Positions 33,728-47,500 of a stretch of 64,000 bases of DNA are shown here, in pieces. Numbering within the stretch: the stretch's first letter is position 1; each line of letters begins with the position of its first letter. Source of the DNA: Phoronis australis (taxonomy: Eukaryota > Animalia > Phoronida). The notes under the pieces are model-generated. The model searched no databases, was not told the origin of the DNA, and worked only from the letters and a program-made list of their open reading frames with translations. Both the position numbers and the translations under genes were made by a program. The DNA lies in the NCBI GenBank assembly GCA_002633005.1, contig NMRA01000106.1:725655-789654 (forward strand), read 5' to 3'.

Positions 33728-34379
33728 GATTCCGTAAACAGATCACCAGCATAATTCTAAAAAGAAACACAAAATTTGAAAACTTATTAAAAACAAAAAA
33801 TGGCAACAAAATGAACATTTTCATTTAAAAATAATTAGGTTCATTATTCTGTAACACACCAAACACAGAAAATATTGTTCAGTTTTAAGACACTTAGAGT
33901 TCCAATTAACATCTTAGTAATAATATGGTAGCAATGACTAGTTTTTAAAAACAAGAATTGCGCAGCCATTTTTTGGCATTTCACTTAGTTAACTGTCCTA
34001 CTTTAACAAAAGTGAACAACAAAAATCAGTAAACTAGGCAAAACATTCAATGATTTTTCGAACCAATTTCTATCTCTCTGAGACATATCGTTAAATTTCA
34101 ATTTGAACCTTAGAACAAAGAATAGACTATTCTGAGCTCAATTATAACAGTACAACGCATGTGCAAAGAGCAATTTCCAAAAAAAATACAAAACCAGTAA
34201 CTGTTAATGTGTATTAAATAACCCGGTTTACAAATATAATACATATATATCCAAGTTATGGTTTCCAGACACAAGAACTGAACTTTTGGCCTTAAACCCA
34301 TGCGCCAATAAGATTAATACACCAGATCCAAATTATGCCAGCTCTGAATCACTTTGCAGATAATTTGCAATAGTCACAC

Positions 34380-34455
34380 AAGTCCTGCATTTTGAGAACC
34401 AGTTTAATGACTGTTAGTCAGTGGAGAAAACTAGTTCTCAATATTCGTGACTCTG
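34380..34455. mobile_element. MITE family B, copy 4 (core)
   Basis: CATTTTGAGAACCAGTTTAATGACTGTTAGTCAGTGGAGAAAACTAGTTCTCAA. Confidence 0.7.
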
Positions 34456-37400
34456 TGAGTGACTGTTACCGATAATTTTAATAATCAAGTGTTGCTGTTG
34501 GACTATCCTTCCGCAAAATTTTTGAACCAGCTGGTTGATACTCAAACAAACAAACGAATTTTGATGGTGTTTACTGACGTAATAGAAAAGGTTATCGTGA
34601 GCGCTACTTCAATGAGTCAAACAAAATGGCATATTTTAACGTAATTAAGAATGGAGCTGTTCAAAGTTATTATATCATCCTAAATTTGTCCCTTTTGACC
34701 ACTTTCACCTCTCATCATCCCCTCACCCTCCCCTACCCAGACACCAATTACCTCATCATGTAAGTTTTTTGTTGGAGACCTGGAGGTGGCAACACAGCTA
34801 AATGAGAAGCACTTGAGCAATTGTTTGAAGAAAACAAAATTCCGTGACTACACGTGGACCTATAGAGCACATGAAGGAACACATTCGAGAGCCATTTGTT
34901 AATACTGAACTGGATTTTTGACTATTTTAGATATTTTATACTCTCCCAACGTTTGATTTTTTGTTCACATTTTTGCAAAGAAATGGAACTTGGTAACGTG
35001 AGAAAAACAAAATCATCATTTTTAATCGCATCTCAGAAGTCTTCTCCAATACCACTGTTCAGCACACTAATAACTAGTACATGGTGATTGATTCTAAAGA
35101 ACTCAAGAAGTCTGTAAACCACAAACTGGCCAATTATCACAGGGCTACAAGGATCTTTGTTGGAACACACACATTTTGGTTTTATTTTTAGCAACTTTTC
35201 TCATCAGCATTTTTTTCAAAAGTATCGAGCTCTCCTAACATGAACACTTGATAAGTAACCAATAAAAACCTTCGCACACTCTTTTTCTTCAAGCAAATGA
35301 TAACTGATCAATGCAAACATTTTGAAAATCTCTCGACTGTTCCAAAGAAATAAGCAAAACCTGGCAACAGACATGCCGAAACACGATTTGAGTCTAACGT
35401 TCAGTTGACACGGCTGTTTGGCTAAATACATGAAAATTTTCTCTAAACCTACCCTTTTAGCTCTAAATTGAAAGATTAGTTACCAAAAAAACATTCTTTC
35501 ATGGTTACAATCTATCTAGCATTTAACCATCGGATTTTTGTCATTTTCTTGCTAAAACCTGCGACCCAAAAAATCTCAAACAGTACTAATACATAAATAG
35601 ACAAGTTAAAAACTTTGCGCAATAGAAATTATCCATTGATATGTTTTCACCAATCACTGAAACTGGAGCATTACATGAAGAAATTTTTAGTAAAAGTTGA
35701 ACAAAAGAACCATGAGAAGAGTGCAAAACTTTGAACATGTTAGTCTAAAATCACAACTTCACAGCAGAAGCTATATGCTAGAGTTTATTTCTCAGCCATG
35801 TATGGATTAATTTTCATGAAAACTATCATTTATTTTGCGATGGAATTAAAATTACGAAATTATGACTTAATATTTTGTATTTGCCAAATCTCAAAAACCA
35901 AGTGCAAAAACAGTAAGCTATAATGGGTTTATGATTAAAACTCTTAAATGACAATGGTCCAGCAAGTGGTTTTTGGAAAAGGAATCCAGAAAAAATAACG
36001 TGCAACACAAAAATGAGCAATGAAAAATCATGATGCAAAAACATTTTTTTTGCTCTTGCTCAAATTAGAACTACGCTGTATACAATAGGTGAAATTAAAG
36101 TACTGTATAAAGTACACTTTTAATCTCCAGAATAAAATTCTTGGCCTAGGAGCACTAAAGTTTTTCATCAGGGTAGCATACTAGAAGAAACAATGGAAAC
36201 TACAGATTGTATATGGATGAAGACTAAAAATGATTTTATTTTTGTTTGCTAGTATATACTGGAGAAGAAATGAGCATATTTTACAGCATCATTTTGAAAT
36301 ATTACACATTTTAAAGAGGATTACTCGACTCAGGTGGTCGAGTACAAACACTGAAACAGTGATAAAAACATATTTTAAGATAACAATCAACCCATCATAC
36401 TTAATCAAATAACTTTTTAACAGAGCAATTTTAATTGATAAACAATTTAATTTCTGAAACCACGTAAAAACAATTGAAACATTGCACAATCATTTCATTA
36501 TAGTCAAGTGACATTTTGCTATTAACATGAATTTTTAACAAAACCACATGCAGATGACTTCCGCATTATACAAATTTTCTTGCTGTCAAATGAAAAGAAC
36601 TGTCTCAATGATTTATTTAATGCCACAAAAACAGAGATATTAACCACCAAAGTTCTATTTTTAAACAACATCCCAAGTCATCCTTTCTGATGGCTGATAT
36701 TTTCATTGTACAAATGAGAGTTGGCTTCCCACAACCATAAATTATAAAATGTACCGGTAAGAAAGCATAATTTCATCCGGCCCGCCATGCATGAAAGAGA
36801 AATCAATGTTCACAATTGATAAACAATAGAAAATTAAAAGGCCTGATGGCGATAAGGATTTGTCACGTAATTGAAATCAACTGCTGAAGTCATCCCAAAG
36901 ATTAGCGCGCACATGAACAGTTAGACATTTGCCTTAAAATGATGTACCATTCCAATCATTGACAGCAGCTATATTGTTTCAATGACAGGTCATATTTCTA
37001 ACAAAGGACACTCACAAAAACCCTAGTGGCTTTATTTAGTTTTTTTGTGCAACACAAGATCTGTCTGGAACAAATTTTAACAGATTCTGGGATACTAACT
37101 GACTGCAATACAGTGTTACATTGCGAGACTCCACGTCCACAGCAACAAGTTGCCCGAGTCCGGATGGAATTTAGCATTGTGGATTCCTTTAGTTGCCATT
37201 TTTCAGTTTTAACTGGAAAAGGTTTTCTAAAGAATTTTGACGAAGCTGAAATCGCACCTTTTCCGAACAAGGAGGTGAAGCTAAAACCAGCCACACGTGA
37301 CCAACTCACAAAATTTTTACGAATCTATAGTTATTTTTTGTGAAATTGCACAATTCAAATTTATGAAAAAGAATCAGTAGTCCGTCAATCAAAGTATGAC

Positions 37401-37961
37401 TGACCAATTGAAAGGACAGACTTCATACTTTGAACTTTTACGGCGAGCTTCTTCATGACTAGTAATGCGATTAAAGAAATCTTAGCAATAAAACGATCGA
37501 AGCAGTCAAAGACACAATTTTACGCAATATGTAATAAAAATACATGAAGGTTATCAATTATCCTAAATATCATTAAACAACTGGTAAGAGCAGTTACCTT
37601 CATACCTTTTCACCAACTTATGTACAACAGTACAGTGCATGGTACATATTTATAGTAGCAATCAGTCAATAGTGCCACTACACAGGTGCCACGTTCAACG
37701 TAACATTGTAATGACATTTTCATGGATTTAAATATGACGGCAACATGTCCACATGGTATGCAAACTGAAAAATCAAACACGAGACATTTGAACCACGGTG
37801 CACCCTCGTTAATATGAGATCATGATTGTATCTATATTTCGGATTCGGAAATGAGTCATTACTATTTCAACTTCGGTCATCAGTGGTCACGTAAAATACA
37901 CGGAAAGATGCGTTAAGTCATTTGAAATTACACCCCAGTTGTATTTCAGTAAACTACTCAC

Positions 37962-38509
37962 CGTTAATCAGTTTGAATTTGATACATAAGTGGAGAAATT
38001 GAGGAAGATCACAGCATAAAACACTGCAAAACCAACCTCAGGATACCGAGGACAGTGACAGAAACTAGGAAGTGAGAATGACGTCATTTCATATTCGGTT
38101 AGCCACATTGTTTAGCAGTAATTTCGTACAAATGTCGAAATACATTTTGAAAGCAAAGTCTTGATTAAAAACGCACACTAGACTACAGAGTTAGATGAAA
38201 CCTGAAAAGATGCTCATATATACAAACAAATCAAAAGAAAAACATCGAAAAATTATGCAGTTTCCATGTGCCTACGTGACGTTTGTAAGGAAACGAGCAA
38301 TTGGATAGTTCGCATACATCTTTATTATTCTATCCAATCAAATTACCATTAACAATTTTCAGACAGCTCGCCGAAACGACGCCATTTTCATGCTGGGTGC
38401 AGTTCGAAGGTTCTTTTCAGACAATATGTTCACGTTTCACCCGTCATCTTCATTTCAAATGATGTTTTGAAGTTATTGTCTTATTTTGGTCACGACAGGG
38501 AATCCAAAG
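37962..38509. promoter_or_regulatory. Bidirectional promoter of Rab30 and PCF11, including a probable non-coding Rab30 first exon ending at 37962
   Basis: Minus-strand donor ACG|GTGAGT at 37961; acceptor TTTTTAG| at 33757 just upstream of the Rab30 ATG; CRE TGACGTCA 38079-38086, GGAAGTG near 38068, ATTGG/CCAAT near 38300 and 38334, YY1-like CGCCATTTT at 38380. Confidence 0.6.
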
Positions 38510-41500
38510 ATGGCTTTGGAAGCTGCCGAAGAGTTCCAATCGTCGCTGAATGATTTGACATTCAATAGCAAACCGTTAATCAACATGCTCACAATGCTGG
38601 CGGAGGAAAATGTTCTCTATGCTGCGCAGATCGTCCAAGTTATTGAAGCTCATATTCAAAAGGTTTTGCATTTTCCTGAATATATTTTGGACTTTGAGTT
38701 TCTCTGAATTATCAAGTACGAAATGACAAGTGTCAATTTGTACAATTTATTGATCATGAATTGTAATTTATTTTTCAGTTTCAACACAACCATTCATTCA
38801 TTGTCATTGTGTTATGTGTGTATATTGTATTTCATTGAGAGTGCGAGATTCTTGCTCACAGCACCTGTTATCGTCAGGATTATGTTGTGTTAGACAGTTG
38901 TGTATACTGTTTTAATTTGCTCTTTGTATTGGTTTACCATGGGTCTGGCAAGGGGGGTGTGGGAGTTGAAAGATACTGAACGGCTTTTGATTCAGACAAG
39001 AAAATGGCGTTTTTCTCATCGTCACATACAAACATGATATCAGTCTGGTTTAGCTTCTTTTGCTTCTGCAGTTCAATGGAAATGTTTGTTTTTAAACAAA
39101 GATGCTTGAAGTTTCTGGAAAGTGGAGTCGATTTTCCAAAAGGAATTCATTTCTGTAGGCAGTTCTGTTTTTTTTTTTGTGAAAGTTACGATAATTGATG
39201 GCATATTTGCAATATATACACTGTCAAATGGTATGTTTTAACGTGGAATGTTATTAGTGGATATCAAACAATTCAGTAAGGTAAACAATCCAAGCAACAT
39301 GGGATCCAAAGTTCCAAACTGATTAGAGACCAGAACAAAACTGACTAGAGACTAGTAGAGTTGAGGCTGGGGTTGTGACTTTGGTGATGTACTGTTGTTA
39401 TTCAAAGAGAGAAAGACTTCAGATTCAACGATATGGAGATTTTGTTGTGCAGGGTATGGTGTCAGTTCGTATTGGCGATACAAAATATGTGCGCTTTTTT
39501 TTTGATATGCCTTAGCCAGTTGTGAATCATGACACTGATATATTGAAAGTAGAAAAACGAAATGTTTATACATTCGTATATGTTGTGAATATGTGAGCCA
39601 TTAATGCCAAACCCTTGTTATCTATTTTTATAATTATCTATTTTTATAATTAATTTTTGTAACCAGTACAGATAAAATAAAAAAATGTTTGAAATGCAGG
39701 AGCAAAAGAAATTAAAACTTAAGTCACTTTTTACTGCATTTGAACTTTAAAGTTATTATAAGCGCTGTTTAGGTAAAATAACCTATTGCCTTGGTATATC
39801 CTGTTTCATACAGTGGCAAGTGTCAAATGTCTTCATTTATGTTGTAGTCCTCACAAAAATCGTCACATGAAATAAGGGAAGTCAACACTTCCCATTTTTT
39901 CATTTTATTATCGTCAGAATGGAGCTCACAGCTGTTATTTGTGGCATAATAAACGTCTTCGTTCGTTGTTAGCCATTGTATGCCTGCTGATTTGGAGCGC
40001 TCAGTGTAACTTTAAATGATTGAAACGCTGTAAAAACACAGTGTTAGGACTGATGACCCATAAACAGCTCAATGTACTGCCAACATTGAGCGGACATTCT
40101 CATAACTAGACCAGCATTCACATAACATGGTTCACAGGGGACGTATTTAAAAATGAACACTAACATACACAGCACCGCATTTTCAAAAATACACAACGCA
40201 GTTTTAGATACTGGTATGACTATCAGATGCGCTAAAGTATGAAATATTTGCTTGCAAACATTCAGACGTAATGTTCTCTTAAGACGCTTCAGAATAATTC
40301 TAAACAGATGAACATTTGATTTGATGTTTAGTGTGAACTCTGTCAAGTAAATTAAGCTTCAGTACAATGGTCATCCACATTTATAATTTGATGGATTTTA
40401 CAACTTGAAAATAATGACACGTGCGCAATCGTGTTTGGTGTGTTTTTGTACAACGCCAACGAATTGGCGTTGATGGCCTCTGTGTGTTTGTTTTGATAAA
40501 TGTTCAGCATAAGGTTACGTGCGAGGGCTTATGAGAAAAAGATGGGCTTCTGTACGTTGAAATTGTTACAATTTCTATGGAGGGCTTTGGTATTTTACTC
40601 AGCGTACGTTGTCCTGACCTCTTTTCACTACCAAAACTCTGTTGTGGGTTATGGTACACTCAAGTTATGGTACACTCCAGTGAAAAGAAGACAAGGTGAA
40701 GCTCCATCCTCTGGAGCTGGCTGTTTTGACAAGTAAAGCTTGAAGCATGAAGATGGCCACAGAAGCAGTGAAGGCCAAAGAAGATTTTTTGAAGACGTCA
40801 ACACATGTTGATTACCATTATAACACCTTGAAACAAAGACAATGCACAATCACAAATAGTGTTTCAATAAACAAACATTCCCCATAGGCCGACAGTTCTG
40901 TGGTGGAATGGGTATTGCTGTGTTGTTTCTTTCTTCATGGAATGCTTAGGGATTGTCCGTTATTACAGTGTTCTCCACATCCTGTTGTGACTCGTCACGG
41001 CAATGAGTTGATATTATTGTGGCGCAAGTTTGATTTCACTGCATGGAGCGTCAAAACAATTTGTGTTTCAAATGTGGGTGATTAGTCAATTGTTAATCAA
41101 ATTGAAACATTTTAAACGTGTGGCACCTGTTCAGTGTATTGATTTCTGAACTTGAGATTCAAACCAGCACAGTATGACCCAAGGTATTTGAACATTAACG
41201 TCTGTTTTGAATTGTCTGTTGTGAAGAACACTGTATTATCAATGTTTTCTAAAGCTTATGGAAGCAGACCCCTTTTTAGTTTGCTCAAAAACATTGATTT
41301 TCTTCTCCGTTTAGACAATTACACAAACATTTCCAAATTTCAAAACCACACATCTGGGGCTAAACTTTCACTGCTAGCTTTTGAAAATGTTGATAGCTGA
41401 CATTTACTTTCATCCCAGCAGTGTTTATTGGTCTCGAGTAGAGGAAACGTTTTGGAAACACATTTGCTAACTCTTTTGCTAGGGTTACTGTGCCCAATTA

Positions 41501-44500
41501 TAAAGAGAAACGAGGTCTGATATTTGAAGTATTGGTCCTATCCTGGAGTTTTGGGACACAAAGTGGACTGTGGCGTGTTTTTTGTTGGCAAACCTGTCGT
41601 GACACCCCTGAGTTTTGGTGTGTATGTGAGTAAGCCATGTTACAGTTGACCCTCCCTGTACTTCATTCTTTGTAACCAAACATCATTGCAACACAATCTG
41701 TAGACAGAACAGTTTGCTTGGGACTAAGGAGCAAGTAAACATTACAATCCCTGTTTGTTGTAGTGCAGACAGCACCTTGCCACTCTGAAAAATTGTGTGT
41801 CGCGCATGATGGCTCCAGGTTTTTAAGCCCTACCAAAACAATGATTTTTGTACTCTTTTTAGCTGCAAACATTGTTTTTTGGATGGAAACGCCTTTAAGT
41901 TTTAAAATAAAAAATGGCAGTATGGGCATCTGCATACAGTTTTTACAGATTCAAACTTGGGAGCCGTGCAACTTGAGAGTTATTCGAATGAGTCGTTTGA
42001 TTCTTGAGGAATGAATTTTTCACGAATGTCCAAATTTTAAATGACCATTTTTATTTGTTTACAAGTATCTGTCTGAAAAAGACACCCATTTTCTGTGATT
42101 TTGGGAACCATCACACGATCATGTATGACGTGTGAGTGGGGGTACTGGTTAATAGGAAGTATGGATCATTTTTATTATGTACCCACATATAAATATTTGG
42201 GTTCATATTGCTGTTGTTTTTTGCTAGGCGTCGGACATTCACTGTTGTATCTCCTAAACCCTTACAGGATATGTGAGATTTGGCAGAGGTGTTTTACTTA
42301 ATGAAAGCGATCTCAGATGACAACTAGTTTCAGACTGAACCGACTACCACTATTTTCGAATGAGAACGACGTATTCTGTGTCATCTAGTGGCCATTTTAT
42401 CACTAATAAACACTCCAAGAAGTAAACCTTTTGTGTAGCAGTTGTGGGTCATCTCAACGCTTTGCATTGCTCTTGTTAAGGTACTTCATAGTCACATTTC
42501 CATATCTACATCTTGGGAATAAAACAACACATTACTATTTGTGGCATGACGTCTGTCACAAAATGATCATTATAATCGAGTGCACAGTGTGAATGTAGGT
42601 CAACAAAGGGATATAGAAACAGTTTTCTTTTGTCACACTTAAGAGTTGGATCAGCCGCCAGTTTCCCTTACTAGTTGTGACAGTGGACATAAATATTGCT
42701 GCAGTGGAGTATTTTTTTACTGCGTTTTCATTACTTTGCCTAGCTACACATATTTAAGACACATGAGAAATGTGTTCTCTCTCAGGTTGCAGTGATGTCA
42801 AAGGCCGTAAAATCCTCTTGGTGTTGCGTTGACCACAGTCCTTGTGTTCTTTTTGTACACAGTTGAAAAAAATGAAGGCTGTTGACCTATGAACAACTTA
42901 TTTCATTTTCATAATGTGGGGAAGGAATGTTTGTAATTTTCCTGAAATTAGGCAAGGGAATATCTAACGTGATTTTACCATTTTAACCTTCAGCTATTAT
43001 CGTTGGGACTTTGTCAACATCAAACTTGTCTAAGTTTTGGAACTTGTTTTACGAAACTTCACAGCTACTCGTATGTAGATGTTTTGCATTTATCAAACAT
43101 TAACTAACGTTGAGTCCACTGGTACACTGCATTTTGTATGCTACTACATTTGCATTATAAATTATTGATGGGATGTGTTTTACTGTTTGTGAAAGTCTCC
43201 AACATTATACACTCCACTGAGATTGCATAATACGACTGATCTAGGCAGCATTGCTGTTGACATGTAACGCAATACCGTGCTATTGGTATCCAAGGTAATC
43301 GCTTGATAACATCCCTCCCAAGACCCAACTTGGCAAAATTCCCACTTTAGTTGCCAACATTTCCCGATGAATTCTTCCAATGGGAAAGTCCATGGGACGA
43401 AACCATGGTTAACAGTTTTGAAATTTCATTCTTAAAAGAACTGAATTTTGTGTTGAAAAGGGAGCATACAAATAATATTGAAAGAGTAACGAGTTGTCAA
43501 ATCTGGAATATATGAAAGAGAAAGTAAGCAGTTTTCATGTGTGGGTGGATAAAGAATTTTTTGTGGGTTGGTTACTCATTGGTTCGTATGTATCGTCTGC
43601 TGACGTGATCTACCTTTGTCTTGTTAATGGTGGGGTGTCCGAGGAGCCCGTGCGGGTAGTACAAGTGAGGCAGTAATTGGTGTTGACCAGCATCTTGTGT
43701 AAAGCTGTCTGTTATTTCTGTCAGTTGATTTGATAAAGTCTCAATGCACACACTTTGGTAAATTTTTTCATACCTCTTGCTGCTCTGACAATGGTCCTAG
43801 TTTGTATCTTGACATGTAAACAGTGATATCTGAGCTTGGGAAGAAATTCTGTTGACTGCTCTCAAAGTTGGATTGGGTTGTGGCTGGAAATGCGCTGTTT
43901 GGTTCTTCAAGCAATTGCTACATATGGGACTACGAATCAGTAATGGTCTGATACAATGTACCCGAATTTGAGAACTAGTTTTCTCCTCTGAATAACTGAC
44001 ATCAAACTGGTTTTCAAAATACGGGCACGTTATATCAGACTATTGCCCTACTGCAATCAGCACAACTACCAACATTGCCGGTATTTGCTCCAATATGCGT
44101 TCACACCAACTAAACGAGGATATAACTTTAACATAGTTTTAGTTTTTTACTTGGCGGAATTCTTCGAATTCCGATAAGTATGTTGGTCTTCTATCAAGTT
44201 TTTTTTTTCTTCGCACTCTACAGGTCGCAATTTTTGTCCGATCAGCACAAAATTTGCACACGACATGTAGATCAGAAAGTCCTGGAAGCGTATTGTTTTT
44301 GGTCATGATCGGATTCAAAATGGCGGATGTGGCGGCCATTTTGTTCTGGTTTCAGATTCAAATGCTCATAGAGGCCGCAATTTTTGACGTACAAGGCTGA
44401 AATTTGGTACGATTATTATAGGACATGTATAGTACAACTGTGCTGAAAAACGTTTACTTCCGGTCTAAGATGGCCGAAATATTGACAATGGCGCATGCGC

Positions 44501-47500
44501 ACCTCGATATCTTGCCAAAAACATTTTCTCCAGTAGAGGGCGCATTGGCGAACCAATCACTTTCAAACTGGTCATGTGTTTGTTGCTATTGATCAGCTTT
44601 TATAAAATTTTGTTTAACCGGAAGTCATTTTCAAGATGGCGGCTCTGGCGCATTTTCACCCATTTTCAATCATTCTCCTGTCACATTTTAAAGGGGAAGA
44701 GTAAATGACGTGAATTTTTGCTTGTGGATTTCTTGAAGTATGCTCTTTCATTTAATTGGTAAATGTTCTCACTTGAGAGTTAAACTGTTGAAACCCCAGT
44801 CGGTAAAGGCCAATGTCGCGAATTTCTTCCTAATACACGAAGGGTTCCTGTTTTTACGTCTGCTCTGACAATTCACTCAGGCTTTTTGCCTTTGCAACAG
44901 CTTGCCAAGCCATACTCCTGGAAGGTTATATTGATGCACAAACTTACAACTTTTGAAACAGATTTTAAATTGTTCACAACAAGTGTTAATAACTTTTGAA
45001 CTGGGTTTAAAAGTTTTAACTTTGGTCTGAACAAAGCGTTGTGTTATGTAAGCTAAGCTGGCTTAGGTTTACAGAATACAATTACATGATCTCTCCTACA
45101 ATACTAAAAAGCTTACATCACTGACAAACAGCTTTAGGTGACCAGCACCATTGTAATTTGCAGCCACTACAAACAACATAATCACTTGTACTGTTGCTTA
45201 TATAACATGCCATAGATATTGATTTTAGCCCATGGTAACAAAAGGTAATCATAATGTTCATTATTTTATACACACACCAGACATGCCTTGCAGATTAATA
45301 GTGTTGAAATGTTAAGTTTTCTCTGTCTCCAGACTGGAATGATTTACTAGTAATTAACAAAATTTCAAACTCTAATGAAACCGTCAGCTGTAAATCCTGT
45401 TAAGGACAATCAGTGAAGTGCACTTTGTCTACCCAAAAGAAATCGGTGCTGCCCTGAAACGAACCAGAACCTGGTTTATCAAGGAGTCGTTTGAGTCACA
45501 TTTCAGTCATGCAGGAGACCTGTATATTCAACATCTTTTTGAAGTGGTTTGGCACTTTTTTGCTCACGTTTAATATGCTGATATGCAAATTGATCTCGTT
45601 TCTAATTCAGGCCCCACCAGCTGCGAAGTTACCGTGTGTTTATTTGGTGGACTCCATTTTGAAGAATATACAAGTGGGCAACTACAAGCACCTGTTTGCT
45701 CAGAACCTTGTGCACACATTTTGTGGCGTCTTCGAAAAGGTAGCTCACGATGATTTACCACAGTCTGTAGTAGAACCTTTAGTAGTGATTGAATGTAGAG
45801 CGACATGCATGGATTCCTGTGAATTGGACATATTGGAAGTACCATTGTATGGATTGAAAAATCGTGTTTGAGAATCTAATGTTCTCCATTGTATTGTTTT
45901 TGCATTGGATTGTAAGGTCAAAAATGGGATAATTGGTTGTGGCCTGTTTTTTTTTGTTAAAAATTTATGTATTTTTAGTTATATATGTAAAAAATGTTTC
46001 CTGATGTGAACAAATTGTTACAGGAGTTGCAATGGTGCAGTGACAATGTTTGGTGTAAGTGGTTGACTTAGGGGTTGGGGTTGGCGTTACTAAACCACTT
46101 TGTTAAAAAATTGCCTTTGAGATATGTTTGTGCAGTTTTTGGAAAATGTTAAAAATTGTTGAAAGTGTTTGTGTTTTTTATTCAAATAGCCAGGTGCAGA
46201 TTTCATAATGAATTCGCCTCAGGCCAAAACTGATAGTGCGATTTTTGCCCAAAATGAAGAAGCCTGTTAAAAACATCTGGTTGTTGATAATTTCTTTTTG
46301 GTAGATAAATTAACATAGGAAAACAGCGTTAATGGGATACACACTTGAACTTTTTATTTTTAAAATGTAGCTCAAGAAAATCTTCTGGGCCCAGTTGCAT
46401 AAAAGTTATACGCCATATAGCAACAATGACGTAGCATTATCACGCGTCACGTTGTTATTGTTGAACAATGCACCTGACGTCATGCAACAAACAAACTTAT
46501 CCAGCGGATAACTTTTAAAGTTTTATGCAACTCAGCCCTGGAGTGTTACTTCCTGTTTCAATTTTCATTTAGATGACGGTTTTGTCCATGCTCTGTATTG
46601 AAAACAATATCTCTCAGAGATGTCCATGCAATGTGATATTATGTCTCTAGCATTCTTGCTTTACAAATGTTTGCTTGAAATTCCCAGGTAAGGCAGTTGT
46701 CAGAAATTTGGGTCTGTAGTTTCAACAGAATTTCATTTAAAATAGTTACCTTTAAGGCCCGAGCACATTACGCGCGTTGTGTGTTTAAGATATGGGTTTG
46801 ATCATGTTTTAATGAATTTCACTTGATTAGACTCCAGTTGTGGGGTAAATTAACTTGGTGAGGATACGATTGGTGGTCCCAGGTACTTAGGCTTGGGACG
46901 CTGTTTCAAAATCTTGTTGAAATATGTACCCAAGTTTCTGGTGATTGCATCCCCTGGGCTTATATGGTGCCTAGGTTGTAGCCAATAGATGTGGCTAGGT
47001 CTTAAAAGTTTCGAATGCCTTATTTTGTTAAGGAATTGGTAATTGCCCTTTTTAGCTAGTTTGCAAAAACATGACATTAATCGCTAACAGAGATTGAGAA
47101 ATATGGTGTTTGGTAAAATCTCACCGCTTTCGAAAAACAATAATGCCAAAATTCACCCTTTCATTTTTGAAAGGCTTCTAGCAATGTTGGGAATGTCTAA
47201 ATTCCTTTGAACATTTGTCTTGTGGTTGCTATGGTGTACAATTTAAGTAAGGTAAAGCATATTCTTTTATGAAAAAAAAAACAAAATTCACTTTCCACCA
47301 TATTGTGTTTTAATATTGGTGAGATTTTACCGTTATCTCCTTTTAAAGTGTAGGCTACATGTGTTAGGTAACCCTCTTTTTAGGTTGACGAAAAAACCAG
47401 ACAGTCCATGTTTAAACTTCGCCAGACGTGGACAGAAATGTTCCCAGCCACCAAACTGTATGCCCTCGATGTTCGAGTCAACCATATTGATCCAGCCTGG

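Noticed and set aside
40753-40887. 44-aa ORF (MATEAVKAKEDF...) faintly resembling the PCF11 start
   Set aside because: Similarity is limited to a few residues with no CID motif; likely chance
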